From Escherichia coli 042 (lineage in GTDB: Bacteria > Pseudomonadota > Gammaproteobacteria > Enterobacterales > Enterobacteriaceae): a stretch of 64,000 nucleotides of DNA. Below are positions 50,350 to 62,708 of this stretch, piece after piece. A model generated the notes under the pieces. It saw only the letters and a list, made by a program, of their open reading frames with translations, was not told the origin of the DNA and searched no databases. Location: NCBI RefSeq assembly GCF_000027125.1, contig NC_017626.1; one strand, given 5' to 3'. The position numbers and the translations under genes are program-made. Positions within the stretch are counted from its first letter, which is position 1, and the number at the start of each line of letters is the position of its first letter.

Positions 50350-50754
50350 TTAGATCAGGAAATCGTCGAGAGATTTACCTTCTGCCAGCGCCTGAGCGAT
50401 TGGCTTCGGTGTACGGCCCTGACCGGTCCAGGTTTTAGTTTCACCGTTAACATCGGTGAATTTATATTTTGCCGGACGCGGCTGGCGTTTTTTACCAGCG
50501 CGTGGTGCAGCAGCAGAGCTATTACCCAATAACTCTTCCGGGTTAATTCCGTCAGCTTTCATCAGCTCCAGCCAGGTGCTAATTTTTTCCTGGCGCTCTG
50601 CCAGTTCACGCTGCTGCTGTTCTTCTTCTTCACGTCTTTCTTTAGTGACAACCCTGAATTTTTCGAGCATTTCTTCAAGAACGTCAATGGAGAATTCGCG
50701 AGCCATCGCACGGAGAGTGCGAATGTTATTTAAACTTTGTAACATTACGGACAT
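50350..50754 (-). CDS. stpA: DNA-binding protein StpA (H-NS paralogue)
   Basis: 134 aa, [33 protein letters not shown]...; synteny. Confidence 0.93.
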   Translation of the reverse strand: MSVMLQSLNNIRTLRAMAREFSIDVLEEMLEKFRVVTKERREEEEQQQRELAERQEKISTWLELMKADGINPEELLGNSSAAAPRAGKKRQPRPAKYKFTDVNGETKTWTGQGRTPKPIAQALAEGKSLDDFLI

Positions 50755-51421
50755 AATAAAGAAAACCTTTTAACGCCAAAACAAAAAAGTATTTCGTCGC
50801 GTAGTGTAAGCGATCACTTATTATATTTCCACAAAATTTAATCTATTTACAGTCCTGCGCGAGATTATTTCAGCTGTTATTTTCTGAAACTCTCAGAATA
50901 ATTTCAAGATTATATATTAGCCATTTTGATGAGTAATTTAGATTATTGGTGAACAGAGCGGCGCTCTCTGCTCGCTAATTCCGCAAGCCTGACAAAACCG
51001 AAGTGAATAAAAATGCAATATAACAGAATAAAAGAAAACACCCCTCACTGGTGCTTTCTGCTGTTAATGTACATTTTCTGGCATAAAAAATGCTGTAAAT
51101 GACCCGGTCACGACATACACCGAATTCTCTACGCTTATAGCGTTACCTCACCCCCAAACTTTCATTAGTTAAATTAAAGGTAATCTCATATCTAATTGAT
51201 TTAATTGAAAATAAATCATATCGGCATGTAAAAATCCACAATGTACAAAAAACGCGCCGTTACGGAATATTTTATCTACAAAAACTGACTAAATAAAAAT
51301 TTTTCACTAATTGATTAGTCATAGCTAGCGATATACGCTATGCGAAAATGCAGATGGCAATGAGATCCACTGTTTTCATCTCCATTAACATCCCATTACG
51401 CTTTTATTAAGGAGCATTAGC

Positions 51422-51871
51422 ATGTTCTCACCGCAGTCACGCTTGCGTCATGCAGTTGCAGATACGTTCGCGATGGTTGTTTACTGTTCTGTCGTGAACA
51501 TGTGTATTGAAGTTTTCCTCTCCGGAATGAGCTTCGAACAGTCTCTTTATTCCAGATTGGTAGCGATTCCGGTGAACATCTTAATTGCATGGCCATACGG
51601 TATGTACCGCGATCTGTTTATGCGCGCAGCACGCAAAGTTAGCCCGTCGGGCTGGATAAAAAATCTGGCGGATATCATGGCTTATGTGACGTTCCAGTCA
51701 CCGGTGTATGTGGCGATCTTGTTAGTGGTGGGCGCAGACTGGCATCAGATTATGGCGGCGGTCAGTTCAAACATCGTTGTTTCGATGTTGATGGGGGCGG
51801 TTTATGGCTACTTCCTCGATTATTGCCGCCGACTGTTTAAAGTCAGCCGTTACCAGCAGGTAAAAGCCTGA
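51422..51871 (+). CDS. alaE: L-alanine exporter AlaE (YgaW)
   Basis: 149 aa membrane protein at the conserved position after stpA. Confidence 0.88.
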   Translation: MFSPQSRLRHAVADTFAMVVYCSVVNMCIEVFLSGMSFEQSLYSRLVAIPVNILIAWPYGMYRDLFMRAARKVSPSGWIKNLADIMAYVTFQSPVYVAILLVVGADWHQIMAAVSSNIVVSMLMGAVYGYFLDYCRRLFKVSRYQQVKA

Positions 51872-51907
51872 GCCTTCTTTTCGCGACTGGCATCGCCAGT
51901 CGCGTCT

Positions 51908-52252
51908 TTAACTGGCTTCGCCAAATAAACCATTCAAATAACGTTCAAGCGCAACACGCGAACTAAAGCCATGGGGGATACCGTAATGCTCATGACGTTC
52001 ACCCGCTAAATAGAGCGGAAATTGCTGGTAATGATCGCAAGTTTTAATATCGGAAGCGGGTTCAGCCAGTGTCGAACTACGTTCTTTTAATGTTGGATGA
52101 ATTACCAGGGCGGTACGTCCCATTCGTGCTTCACGATTAACATAGACATAATTTTCCCCACGGCGGTAACCATACGCTTTCTGGGTTACCACATCGACAG
52201 TAAAACCGACTTTTTCAAGTACGCGCGCCACCTCGTCTGGTCGTAAATACAT
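51908..52252 (-). CDS. ygaC: Uncharacterised protein YgaC
   Basis: 114 aa; synteny. Confidence 0.85.
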
Positions 52253-52403
52253 ATTTGATCCTCGTTATTATCAACCGCGGGCCTACCTTACCTGATTGCG
52301 CATTCACAACGCTTTCAGAAAAGTCCATAAAGCCGCGATGAACCTCAGTTAAGAAAATTATGGTCTACACTGAAAATTACATCGAATTCTAATGGGGGAT
52401 CAT

Positions 52404-52733
52404 ATGTTTAACCGACCGAACCGCAACGACGTCGATGATGGCGTGCAGGATATCCAGAATGATGTCAATCAATTAGCTGACAGCCTCGAATCTGTATTGA
52501 AGTCCTGGGGCAGCGACGCCAAAGGGGAAGCCGAAGCCGCTCGTAGTAAAGCGCAGGCTCTACTGAAAGAAACCAGAGCGCGAATGCATGGTCGTACTCG
52601 CGTCCAGCAAGCCGCGCGCGATGCCGTTGGCTGCGCGGATTCTTTTGTTCGTGAAAGACCCTGGTGTAGCGTGGGTACAGCAGCTGCGGTTGGTATTTTT
52701 ATCGGCGCACTGTTAAGCATGCGCAAATCGTAG
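52404..52733 (+). CDS. ygaM: Ribosome-associated inner-membrane protein YgaM (ElaB/DUF883 family)
   Basis: Translation from ATG 52404 begins MFNRPNRNDVDDGVQDIQND...; C-terminal TM helix. Confidence 0.88.
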   Translation: MFNRPNRNDVDDGVQDIQNDVNQLADSLESVLKSWGSDAKGEAEAARSKAQALLKETRARMHGRTRVQQAARDAVGCADSFVRERPWCSVGTAAAVGIFIGALLSMRKS

Positions 52734-52789
52734 TGCAATAATGATATTAAATACGCGTCTTTGACCCCGAAGCCTGGCTTCGGGGTTTT

Positions 52790-54124
52790 TTAGCTTAAGG
52801 CTTTACGTAATTGTTGTGCTACCTGTCGCGCCATACCTTCGTTAACGATATTAGTAAACGAGAGCAGTAATCCACCTTCCCCACTTGAACGGATACGCCA
52901 GTCGCTAAGTGCCTGCACCGCAAGGCCTGCAGCATTGGCTTTACGCGCATGGGCAATATCATCGCCTATCATTCTGATCACCATCTGGATACCACCTTTC
53001 TGCGGCACAACCTGAAATCCTTGCTGCGTCAACGCTTGCTCAATCCATTGCCGACGTTGAGCATAATGCTGACGCATTTTCTTCAGATGCCGCCAGAAAT
53101 GCCCCTCGCGAAGAAAGTCTGCCAGTGTGTTCTGCCATAGAACAGGTACCGCACATGGAGCCAGTGACGCCTGGTGGCGGAATTGTGCAATTTGCTTCAC
53201 CGGCAACACCAGCCACGCACAGCGCAATGCAGGAAATAGCGCTTTGCTGAATGTTCCGGCATAAATTACCCGCTGCGGTGCGTCGAGACTTTTTAACGCC
53301 GGTAACGGCTTACCGTGATAGCGAAACTCACTGTCATAATCATCTTCAATAATCCATGCCTGACTACGATCTGCCCATTCCAGTATCTGATGCCTGCGCG
53401 CTAAAGAGAGCGCCACACCCAGCGGACTTTGGTGTGCTGGTGTTATCAGGGCAAAACGCGCATCAGGATAATTTTGTATTCCGCTTGTGATATCCAGTCC
53501 ATTGTCATCAACCGGCACAGGCAAAATTTCCACATCATGGCGAGTGACAATCGGGCGAATCAGTGGAAAGCCGGGATCTTCTATCCACATCCCGTTTCCC
53601 GGTTTCGCCAGCGCGTGCAGAATTAAAGCTATTGAGGCCGCATAACCGTGAGTGATAAAGACCTGCTCTGGCTGACAATCAATCCCACGTGAAACGCGTA
53701 AGTAATCAACTATTGCCTCGCGCAACGCCACCTCACCGCAGACATCGCCTAACGCCAAATCAAAGCGCGTCTGGGTACGAAGGCGACGCCCCATCACCCG
53801 CGCCCACAGCTCTCGCGGAAAGAGATCGAGTGCGGGTAATCCCATTTGAAATGGCAACGGTTGCTGACTTTCACCGGCAAAAGCTAAAACTTGTACAGTA
53901 GATTGTTGCGGATATATCCGCTCACTGACAAATGTGCCAGCCTGTCCCCGCCTGATCAGCCATCCTTGCGCCACCAGCTCAGCATACGCATTTTCGACAG
54001 TGGATCGAGACACCCCCAGCTCCTGCGACCAGGTACGACTTGAAGGCAGCCTTGCGCCGGGTTTCAGTTCCCCTTGCTCAATAGCCGTTTTTAACTGACG
54101 GGCGATATCCTGATAGCGCGGCAT
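52790..54124 (-). CDS. MocR-family transcriptional regulator (GntR HTH fused to aminotransferase-like domain)
   Basis: 444 aa; N-terminal HTH (RLPSSRTWSQELGVSRSTVENAYAELVAQGW) plus large PLP-fold domain; I recall no gene between ygaM and nrdH in K-12. Confidence 0.8.
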   Translation of the reverse strand: MPRYQDIARQLKTAIEQGELKPGARLPSSRTWSQELGVSRSTVENAYAELVAQGWLIRRGQAGTFVSERIYPQQSTVQVLAFAGESQQPLPFQMGLPALDLFPRELWARVMGRRLRTQTRFDLALGDVCGEVALREAIVDYLRVSRGIDCQPEQVFITHGYAASIALILHALAKPGNGMWIEDPGFPLIRPIVTRHDVEILPVPVDDNGLDITSGIQNYPDARFALITPAHQSPLGVALSLARRHQILEWADRSQAWIIEDDYDSEFRYHGKPLPALKSLDAPQRVIYAGTFSKALFPALRCAWLVLPVKQIAQFRHQASLAPCAVPVLWQNTLADFLREGHFWRHLKKMRQHYAQRRQWIEQALTQQGFQVVPQKGGIQMVIRMIGDDIAHARKANAAGLAVQALSDWRIRSSGEGGLLLSFTNIVNEGMARQVAQQLRKALS

Positions 54125-54211
54125 ATGGTCTGCTTTTTTAGGTAATTTATGGCTCTCTTTAGCAGTCCATTATAGTGCTACATTGCGGGCGTTAATAAGA
54201 GGAGAAACTGT

Positions 54212-54643
54212 ATGACTACATTACGTCAGCCTTACTACGAACTTAGCCCGGCAGTGTATAACGCACTAGTGCAGGCCAAAACGGCACTGGAAAATAGCAC
54301 GCTGGATACCACGTTGATGGAGTTAGTTTATTTGCGCGTCTCGCAAATCAACGGCTGCGCATTTTGTCTGGAGATGCACAGCAAAGCATTGCGCAAATCC
54401 GGCGTGCCACAGCACAAACTGGACGCCCTGGCAGGTTGGCGCGTAAGCCATCATTTTGATGAACGCGAGCGGGCGGCGCTGGCATGGGCGGAATCGGTAA
54501 CCGAAATTGCCAGAACCCATGCGGAAGACGAGGTTTATCAGCCTTTGCTTGAGCATTTCAGCGCAGCAGAGATCAGCGACTTAACGTTTGCCATCGGGCT
54601 GATGAATTGTTTTAACCGTCTGGCCGTTTCCATGCGGATGTAA
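54212..54643 (+). CDS. AhpD-like / carboxymuconolactone decarboxylase family protein
   Basis: 143 aa with CxxxH-type motif (CAFCLEMH); divergent from the MocR-like gene. Confidence 0.75.
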   Translation: MTTLRQPYYELSPAVYNALVQAKTALENSTLDTTLMELVYLRVSQINGCAFCLEMHSKALRKSGVPQHKLDALAGWRVSHHFDERERAALAWAESVTEIARTHAEDEVYQPLLEHFSAAEISDLTFAIGLMNCFNRLAVSMRM

Positions 54644-54774
54644 CTTCTTGATGCCGGGTATTCGCCCGGCAAAAAAACACAAAATCCCCTACCCCGTTGA
54701 GCCATTCATCGGTGGCGTAATCAATCTAAAATTCCCATATCTTGTATGGTTGAATCTTTTTTCAACTACATCTA

Positions 54775-54798
54775 GTATCTCTGTATCAACAGAGATAC
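54775..54798. promoter_or_regulatory. Perfect 9-bp inverted repeat GTATCTCTG-N6-CAGAGATAC upstream of nrdH; candidate NrdR-type operator
   Basis: Palindrome about 55 bp upstream of the nrdH start codon. Confidence 0.45.
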
Positions 54799-54851
54799 AA
54801 CCCGACGCGTATCATCGCGCCGTATCTTCATTTTAAACGGAAATACGAATC

Positions 54852-55097
54852 ATGCGCATTACTATTTACACTCGTAACGATTGCGTTCAGTGCCACGCCA
54901 CCAAACGGGCGATGGAAAACCGGGGCTTTGATTTTGAAATGATTAATGTCGATCGCGTTCCTGAAGCGGCAGAAGCGCTGCGTGCTCAGGGCTTTCGTCA
55001 GTTGCCGGTTGTGATTGCAGGCGATCTTAGCTGGTCTGGTTTCCGTCCGGACATGATTAACCGTCTGCATCCAGCGCCACACGCGGCCAGTGCATGA
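54852..55097 (+). CDS. nrdH: Glutaredoxin-like protein NrdH
   Basis: 81 aa with CVQC redox motif; first gene of nrdHIEF. Confidence 0.93.
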   Translation: MRITIYTRNDCVQCHATKRAMENRGFDFEMINVDRVPEAAEALRAQGFRQLPVVIAGDLSWSGFRPDMINRLHPAPHAASA

Positions 55098-55495
55098 GCC
55101 AGCTCGTCTACTTCTCCAGTAGCTCCGAAAATACGCAGCGTTTTATCGAACGTTTAGGACTGCCCGCGGTGCGCATCCCGCTCAATGAGCGGGAACGGAT
55201 TCAGGTAGACGAGCCTTACATCCTGATCGTGCCCTCTTACGGCGGCGGCGGTACGGCTGGCGCAGTGCCACGACAGGTCATTCGCTTTTTAAACGACGAG
55301 CACAACCGGGTGTTGCTGCGCGGCGTTATTGCTTCGGGTAATCGCAACTTTGGTGAGGCGTATGGCCGCGCCGGAGATGTGATAGCCCGGAAATGCGGCG
55401 TGCCGTGGCTGTACCGCTTTGAACTCATGGGTACGCAAAGCGATATCGAAAACGTTCGTAAAGGAGTAACCGAATTTTGGCAACGACAACCGTAG
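55094..55495 (+). CDS. nrdI: Flavodoxin-like protein NrdI
   Basis: Begins [23 protein letters not shown]; overlaps nrdH stop by 4 nt. Confidence 0.93.
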   Translation: MSQLVYFSSSSENTQRFIERLGLPAVRIPLNERERIQVDEPYILIVPSYGGGGTAGAVPRQVIRFLNDEHNRVLLRGVIASGNRNFGEAYGRAGDVIARKCGVPWLYRFELMGTQSDIENVRKGVTEFWQRQP

Positions 55496-57621
55496 AACGC
55501 CTGACGCAGGAAACGATGGATTATCACGCTCTGAATGCGATGCTTAACCTTTACGATAGTGCAGGTCGCATTCAGTTCGATAAAGACCGCCAGGCCGTTG
55601 ACGCCTTTATTGCGACGCATGTGCGTCCGAACAGTGTGACCTTCAGTAGCCAACAGCAGCGCCTGAACTGGCTGGTCAACGAAGGTTACTATGATGAAAG
55701 CGTTCTTAATCGGTACTCTCGCGACTTTGTCATTACGCTGTTTGCCCACGCACACACCAGCGGTTTTCGTTTCCAGACATTCCTCGGGGCATGGAAGTTT
55801 TACACCAGCTATACGCTGAAAACATTCGACGGTAAGCGTTATCTGGAAGATTTTGCCGATCGCGTCACGATGGTGGCGCTGACGCTGGCACAAGGCGATG
55901 AAACACTGGCGACGCAGCTCACTGATGAGATGCTGTCAGGACGCTTTCAGCCAGCCACGCCGACATTCCTCAACTGCGGTAAGCAGCAGCGCGGCGAACT
56001 GGTTTCCTGTTTTCTACTGCGTATTGAAGACAATATGGAGTCGATTGGCCGGGCGGTAAATTCCGCACTGCAACTGTCGAAACGCGGCGGCGGCGTAGCA
56101 TTTTTGCTGTCGAATCTGCGAGAAGCGGGCGCGCCAATTAAACGTATTGAAAATCAATCTTCTGGCGTGATTCCGGTGATGAAAATGCTGGAAGACGCAT
56201 TTTCCTATGCCAACCAGCTCGGCGCGCGTCAGGGTGCTGGCGCAGTCTATTTACATGCCCATCATCCCGATATTCTGCGTTTTCTCGATACAAAGCGGGA
56301 AAATGCCGACGAGAAAATCCGCATTAAAACACTGTCGCTGGGCGTGGTGATCCCGGATATCACTTTCCATCTGGCAAAAGAGAATGCGCAGATGGCACTG
56401 TTTTCGCCTTATGACGTTGAGCGGGTTTATGGCAAGCCGTTTGCTGATATCGCCATCAGTGAACACTATGCCGAACTGGTTGCCAATGAACGCATCCGCA
56501 AAAAATACATCAACGCCCGTGATTTCTTCCAGCGACTGGCAGAAATCCAGTTTGAGTCCGGCTATCCCTACATCATGTATGAAGACACGGTTAACCGTGC
56601 TAACCCTATCGCCGGGCGCATAAATATGAGCAATCTCTGCTCAGAAATTTTGCAGGTTAACAGCGCCTCAGAGTATGACGAGAATCTCGACTATGCCCGC
56701 ACAGGCCATGATATTTCCTGCAATTTAGGTTCGTTGAATATTGCCCACACCATGGATTCCCCCGACTTTGCCCGCACGGTAGAGACTGCCATGCGCGGTT
56801 TAACGGCAGTATCAGATATGAGTCATATCCGCAGCGTGCCGTCCATCGAAGCCGGAAATGCCGCCTCGCACGCCATCGGCCTGGGGCAGATGAATTTACA
56901 CGGTTATCTGGCGCGAGAAGGCATCGCTTATGGATCGCCGGAAGCACTGGATTTCACTAATCTCTATTTCTATACCATCACCTGGCACGCACTGCGTACC
57001 TCGATGTTGCTGGCGCGCGAACGCAGTGAAACCTTCGCCGGGTTCAAACAGTCACGCTATGCCAATGGTGAATATTTTAGCCAATATCTGCAAGGGAACT
57101 GGCAGCCGAAAACGGCGAAAGTTGGCGAACTGTTTACCCGTAGCGGTATTACGTTACCTACCCGTGAGATGTGGGCGCGGCTGCGCGACGACGTGATGCG
57201 CTACGGCATTTACAACCAGAATCTTCAGGCGGTGCCGCCAACCGGTTCTATCTCTTATATCAACCATGCTACGTCGAGTATTCATCCGATTGTGGCGAAA
57301 GTAGAGATACGCAAAGAGGGCAAAACAGGACGCGTTTACTACCCTGCCCCGTTTATGACTAACGAGAATCTGGCGCTGTATCAGGACGCTTACGAAATTG
57401 GCGCAGAAAAGATCATCGACACTTACGCGGAAGCGACTCGCCATGTCGATCAGGGGCTGTCGCTGACGCTGTTTTTCCCCGATACCGCCACCACTCGCGA
57501 TATCAACAAAGCGCAGATTTACGCCTGGCGCAAAGGTATCAAAACGCTCTATTACATCCGCCTGCGTCAGATGGCGCTGGAAGGCACTGAAATTGAAGGC
57601 TGCGTCTCGTGTGCACTTTAA
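55477..57621 (+). CDS. nrdE: Ribonucleotide reductase class Ib alpha subunit NrdE
   Basis: 714 aa, recognised NrdE sequence. Confidence 0.95.
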   Translation: MATTTVERLTQETMDYHALNAMLNLYDSAGRIQFDKDRQAVDAFIATHVRPNSVTFSSQQQRLNWLVNEGYYDESVLNRYSRDFVITLFAHAHTSGFRFQTFLGAWKFYTSYTLKTFDGKRYLEDFADRVTMVALTLAQGDETLATQLTDEMLSGRFQPATPTFLNCGKQQRGELVSCFLLRIEDNMESIGRAVNSALQLSKRGGGVAFLLSNLREAGAPIKRIENQSSGVIPVMKMLEDAFSYANQLGARQGAGAVYLHAHHPDILRFLDTKRENADEKIRIKTLSLGVVIPDITFHLAKENAQMALFSPYDVERVYGKPFADIAISEHYAELVANERIRKKYINARDFFQRLAEIQFESGYPYIMYEDTVNRANPIAGRINMSNLCSEILQVNSASEYDENLDYARTGHDISCNLGSLNIAHTMDSPDFARTVETAMRGLTAVSDMSHIRSVPSIEAGNAASHAIGLGQMNLHGYLAREGIAYGSPEALDFTNLYFYTITWHALRTSMLLARERSETFAGFKQSRYANGEYFSQYLQGNWQPKTAKVGELFTRSGITLPTREMWARLRDDVMRYGIYNQNLQAVPPTGSISYINHATSSIHPIVAKVEIRKEGKTGRVYYPAPFMTNENLALYQDAYEIGAEKIIDTYAEATRHVDQGLSLTLFFPDTATTRDINKAQIYAWRKGIKTLYYIRLRQMALEGTEIEGCVSCAL

Positions 57622-58590
<969 letters not shown>

Positions 58591-58850
58591 GGGTGTTATT
58601 TTTCAAAAATATCACTACCCGCAGCAGGGAAATAATTCCCACCAAATAGCTTTTTATCACGCAAATATTTTGTGGTGATCTACACTGACACTCTGTTGCA
58701 TTATTCGCCTGAAACCACAATATTCAGGCGTTTTTTCGCTATCTTTGACAAAAAATATCAACTTTTCTCGATTTGCTCTCAGCCCTTATATCATGGGAAA
58801 TTCCGGCGATTTGCTCACATCAATATTCATGCCACATTTGCCATCAGGGG

Positions 58851-58878
58851 TTGCCTCAGATTCTCAGTATGTTAGGGT
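58851..58878 (+). promoter_or_regulatory. proU (proVWX) sigma-70 promoter
   Basis: -35 TTGCCT (58851-58856) and -10 TAGGGT (58873-58878) with 16-bp spacer, about 70 bp upstream of proV. Confidence 0.6.
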
Positions 58879-58946
58879 AGAAAAAAGTGACTATTTCCAT
58901 TGGGTAATGTATCGACATAAACAAATAACAGGAATCTTTCTATTGC

Positions 58947-60149
58947 ATGGCAATTAAATTAGAAATTAAAAATCTTTATAAAATATTTGGTGAGCATCCA
59001 CAGCGAGCTTTCAAATATATCGAACAAGGACTTTCAAAAGAACAAATTCTGGAAAAAACTGGGCTATCGCTTGGCGTAAAAGACGCCAGTCTGGCCATTG
59101 AAGAAGGCGAGATATTTGTCATCATGGGATTATCCGGTTCGGGTAAATCCACAATGGTACGCCTTCTCAATCGCCTGATTGAACCCACCCGCGGGCAAGT
59201 GCTGATTGATGGTGTGGATATTGCCAAAATATCCGACGCCGAACTCCGTGAGGTGCGCAGAAAAAAGATTGCGATGGTCTTTCAGTCCTTTGCCTTAATG
59301 CCGCATATGACCGTGCTGGACAATACTGCATTCGGTATGGAATTGGCCGGAATTAATGCCGAAGAACGCCGGGAAAAAGCCCTTGATGCACTGCGTCAGG
59401 TCGGGCTGGAAAATTATGCCCACAGCTACCCGGATGAACTCTCTGGCGGGATGCGTCAACGTGTGGGATTAGCCCGCGCGTTAGCGATTAATCCGGATAT
59501 ATTATTAATGGACGAAGCCTTCTCAGCACTCGATCCATTAATTCGCACCGAGATGCAGGATGAGCTGGTAAAATTACAGGCGAAACATCAGCGCACCATT
59601 GTCTTTATTTCCCACGATCTCGATGAAGCTATGCGTATTGGCGACCGAATTGCCATTATGCAAAATGGTGAAGTGGTACAGGTCGGCACACCGGATGAAA
59701 TTCTCAATAATCCGGCGAATGATTATGTCCGTACCTTCTTCCGTGGCGTCGATATTAGTCAGGTATTCAGTGCGAAAGATATTGCTCGCCGGACACCGAA
59801 CGGCTTAATCCGTAAAACCCCCGGCTTCGGCCCGCGTTCGGCACTGAAATTATTGCAGGATGAAGATCGCGAATATGGCTACGTCATCGAACGCGGTAAT
59901 AAGTTTGTCGGCGCAGTGTCTATCGATTCGCTTAAAACCGCGTTAACGCAGCAGCAAGGTCTTGATGCGGCGCTGATTGATGCGCCGTTAGCGGTCGATG
60001 CACAAACGCCTCTTAGCGAGTTGCTCTCTCATGTCGGACAGGCCCCCTGTGCGGTGCCCGTGGTCGACGAGGACCAACAGTATGTCGGCATCATTTCGAA
60101 AGGAATGCTGCTGCGCGCTTTAGATCGTGAGGGGGTAAATAATGGCTGA
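58947..60149 (+). CDS. proV: Glycine betaine/proline ABC transporter ATPase ProV
   Basis: 400 aa with Walker [10 protein letters not shown] and C-terminal CBS domains. Confidence 0.95.
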   Translation: MAIKLEIKNLYKIFGEHPQRAFKYIEQGLSKEQILEKTGLSLGVKDASLAIEEGEIFVIMGLSGSGKSTMVRLLNRLIEPTRGQVLIDGVDIAKISDAELREVRRKKIAMVFQSFALMPHMTVLDNTAFGMELAGINAEERREKALDALRQVGLENYAHSYPDELSGGMRQRVGLARALAINPDILLMDEAFSALDPLIRTEMQDELVKLQAKHQRTIVFISHDLDEAMRIGDRIAIMQNGEVVQVGTPDEILNNPANDYVRTFFRGVDISQVFSAKDIARRTPNGLIRKTPGFGPRSALKLLQDEDREYGYVIERGNKFVGAVSIDSLKTALTQQQGLDAALIDAPLAVDAQTPLSELLSHVGQAPCAVPVVDEDQQYVGIISKGMLLRALDREGVNNG

Positions 60150-61206
60150 TCAAAATAATCCGTGGGATACCACGCCAGCGGCGGACAGTGCCGCACAGTC
60201 CGCAGACGCCTGGGGTACACCGGCTGCTGCACCGACTGACGGCGGTGGTGCTGACTGGCTGACCAGTACGCCTGCGCCAAACGTCGAGCATTTTAATATT
60301 CTCGATCCGTTCCATAAAACGCTGATCCCGCTCGACAGTTGGGTCACTGAAGGGATCGACTGGGTCGTTACCCATTTCCGTCCCGTCTTCCAGGGCGTGC
60401 GCGTTCCGGTTGATTATATCCTCAACGGTTTCCAGCAATTGCTGCTGGGTATGCCAGCGCCAGTGGCGATTATCGTTTTCGCTCTCATCGCCTGGCAGAT
60501 TTCCGGGGTCGGAATGGGCGTGGCGACGCTGGTTTCGCTGATTGCCATCGGCGCAATCGGTGCCTGGTCACAGGCAATGGTTACTCTGGCGCTGGTGCTA
60601 ACCGCCCTGCTGTTCTGTATCGTCATCGGTTTGCCGTTGGGGATCTGGCTGGCGAGAAGTCCACGAGCGGCGAAAATTATTCGTCCACTGCTTGATGCCA
60701 TGCAGACCACGCCAGCGTTTGTTTATCTGGTACCAATCGTCATGCTGTTTGGTATCGGTAACGTGCCGGGCGTAGTGGTGACGATCATCTTTGCTCTGCC
60801 GCCGATTATCCGTCTGACAATTCTGGGGATTAACCAGGTTCCGGCGGATCTGATTGAAGCCTCGCGCTCATTCGGTGCCAGCCCGCGCCAGATGCTGTTC
60901 AAAGTTCAGTTACCGCTGGCGATGCCGACCATTATGGCGGGCGTTAACCAGACGCTGATGCTGGCCCTTTCTATGGTGGTCATCGCCTCGATGATTGCAG
61001 TCGGCGGGCTGGGTCAGATGGTACTTCGCGGTATCGGTCGTCTGGATATGGGGCTTGCCACCGTTGGCGGCGTCGGGATTGTGATCCTCGCCATTATCCT
61101 CGACCGCCTGACGCAGGCCGTTGGGCGCGACTCACGCAGTCGCGGCAACCGTCGCTGGTACACCACTGGCCCTGTTGGTTTGCTGACCCGCCCATTCATT
61201 AAGTAA
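60142..61206 (+). CDS. proW: Glycine betaine/proline ABC transporter permease ProW
   Basis: 354 aa polytopic permease; overlaps proV stop. Confidence 0.95.
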   Translation: MADQNNPWDTTPAADSAAQSADAWGTPAAAPTDGGGADWLTSTPAPNVEHFNILDPFHKTLIPLDSWVTEGIDWVVTHFRPVFQGVRVPVDYILNGFQQLLLGMPAPVAIIVFALIAWQISGVGMGVATLVSLIAIGAIGAWSQAMVTLALVLTALLFCIVIGLPLGIWLARSPRAAKIIRPLLDAMQTTPAFVYLVPIVMLFGIGNVPGVVVTIIFALPPIIRLTILGINQVPADLIEASRSFGASPRQMLFKVQLPLAMPTIMAGVNQTLMLALSMVVIASMIAVGGLGQMVLRGIGRLDMGLATVGGVGIVILAIILDRLTQAVGRDSRSRGNRRWYTTGPVGLLTRPFIK

Positions 61207-61263
61207 CTCTGCACTTGCCCGGTGACGCCGGGCATTATCACCCTGCCAAAAAAAGGAATAACA

Positions 61264-62256
61264 ATGCGACATAGCGTACTTTTTGCGACAGCGTTTGCCA
61301 CGCTTATCTCTACACAAACTTTTGCTGCCGATCTGCCGGGCAAAGGCATTACTGTTAATCCAGTTCAGAGCACCATCACTGAAGAAACCTTCCAGACGCT
61401 GCTGGTCAGTCGTGCACTGGAGAAATTAGGTTATACCGTCAATAAACCCAGCGAAGTGGATTACAACGTTGGCTACACCTCGCTTGCTTCCGGCGATGCA
61501 ACCTTCACCGCCGTGAACTGGACGCCGCTGCATGACAACATGTACGAAGCTGCCGGTGGCGATAAGAAATTTTATCGTGAAGGAGTATTTGTTAACGGCG
61601 CGGCACAGGGTTACCTGATCGATAAGAAAACTGCCGACCAGTACAAAATCACCAACATCGCGCAACTGAAAGATCCGAAGATCGCCAAACTGTTCGATAC
61701 CAACGGCGACGGTAAAGCGGATTTGACTGGCTGTAACCCTGGCTGGGGCTGCGAAGGTGCGATCAACCACCAGCTTGCCGCGTATGGACTGACCAATACC
61801 GTGACGCATAATCAGGGGAACTACGCAGCGATGATGGCTGACACCATCAGTCGTTACAAAGAGGGTAAGCCGGTGTTTTACTACACCTGGACGCCGTACT
61901 GGGTGAGTAACGAACTGAAACCGGGGAAAGATGTGGTCTGGTTGCAGGTGCCGTTCTCCGCACTGCCGGGCGATAAAAATGCCGATACCAAACTGCCGAA
62001 TGGCGCGAATTACGGCTTCCCGGTCAGTACCATGCATATCGTTGCCAACAAAGCCTGGGCCGAGAAAAACCCGGCAGCAGCGAAACTGTTTGCCATTATG
62101 CAGTTACCAGTGGCAGATATTAACGCCCAGAACGCCATTATGCATGACGGCAAAGCCTCAGAAGGCGATATTCAGGGCCACGTTGATGGCTGGATCAAAG
62201 CCCACCAGCAGCAGTTCGATGGCTGGGTGAATGAGGCGCTGGCAGCGCAGAAGTAA
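61264..62256 (+). CDS. proX: Glycine betaine/proline periplasmic binding protein ProX
   Basis: Translation from ATG 61264 begins [28 protein letters not shown] (signal peptide). Confidence 0.93.
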   Translation: MRHSVLFATAFATLISTQTFAADLPGKGITVNPVQSTITEETFQTLLVSRALEKLGYTVNKPSEVDYNVGYTSLASGDATFTAVNWTPLHDNMYEAAGGDKKFYREGVFVNGAAQGYLIDKKTADQYKITNIAQLKDPKIAKLFDTNGDGKADLTGCNPGWGCEGAINHQLAAYGLTNTVTHNQGNYAAMMADTISRYKEGKPVFYYTWTPYWVSNELKPGKDVVWLQVPFSALPGDKNADTKLPNGANYGFPVSTMHIVANKAWAEKNPAAAKLFAIMQLPVADINAQNAIMHDGKASEGDIQGHVDGWIKAHQQQFDGWVNEALAAQK

Positions 62257-62708
62257 ATATTGATAACCGCGCAGATAATGCTCATGTGAGTAAAACAATT
62301 GCAGCGATGGTTTTAATCCGGCTGAAAATCGATGAGACGTTTTCTGAAGGCCGGGGCGACGCGCAGGGATGCGCGGCGAGGGCGCGTCTTACAGGGATGT
62401 TACCTCGCGCCCGTACCCGATAGCCGTAAGAAATAAGTCGAATGTACCGCGTAGCGGCGATTTTGTGCCAAAAGCCTGGGTCGCCAGGGCGGTGGCGACT
62501 GAGCCACCCTGGCACGTTCACCAGCAAAATAGTGACAAAGTAGCTATAATCTGGAAGTGAACGTAACATTTGCCTTAGTGGCATATTTCACCTTCAAATA
62601 CCCTCTCCCCATTACCCGCACATTTTAACAATCTATCTTTCGCCCCATATTCATAAACATCCGCTATTATTGATTCCCAGCTTAATCATCACCTGATGAA
62701 CAAAAATA

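Noticed and set aside
62282-62584. 100-aa minus-strand ORF in the proX-ygaY spacer
   Set aside because: GC-rich intergenic DNA with palindromic character and no start context; more likely a structured or relic region than a gene.
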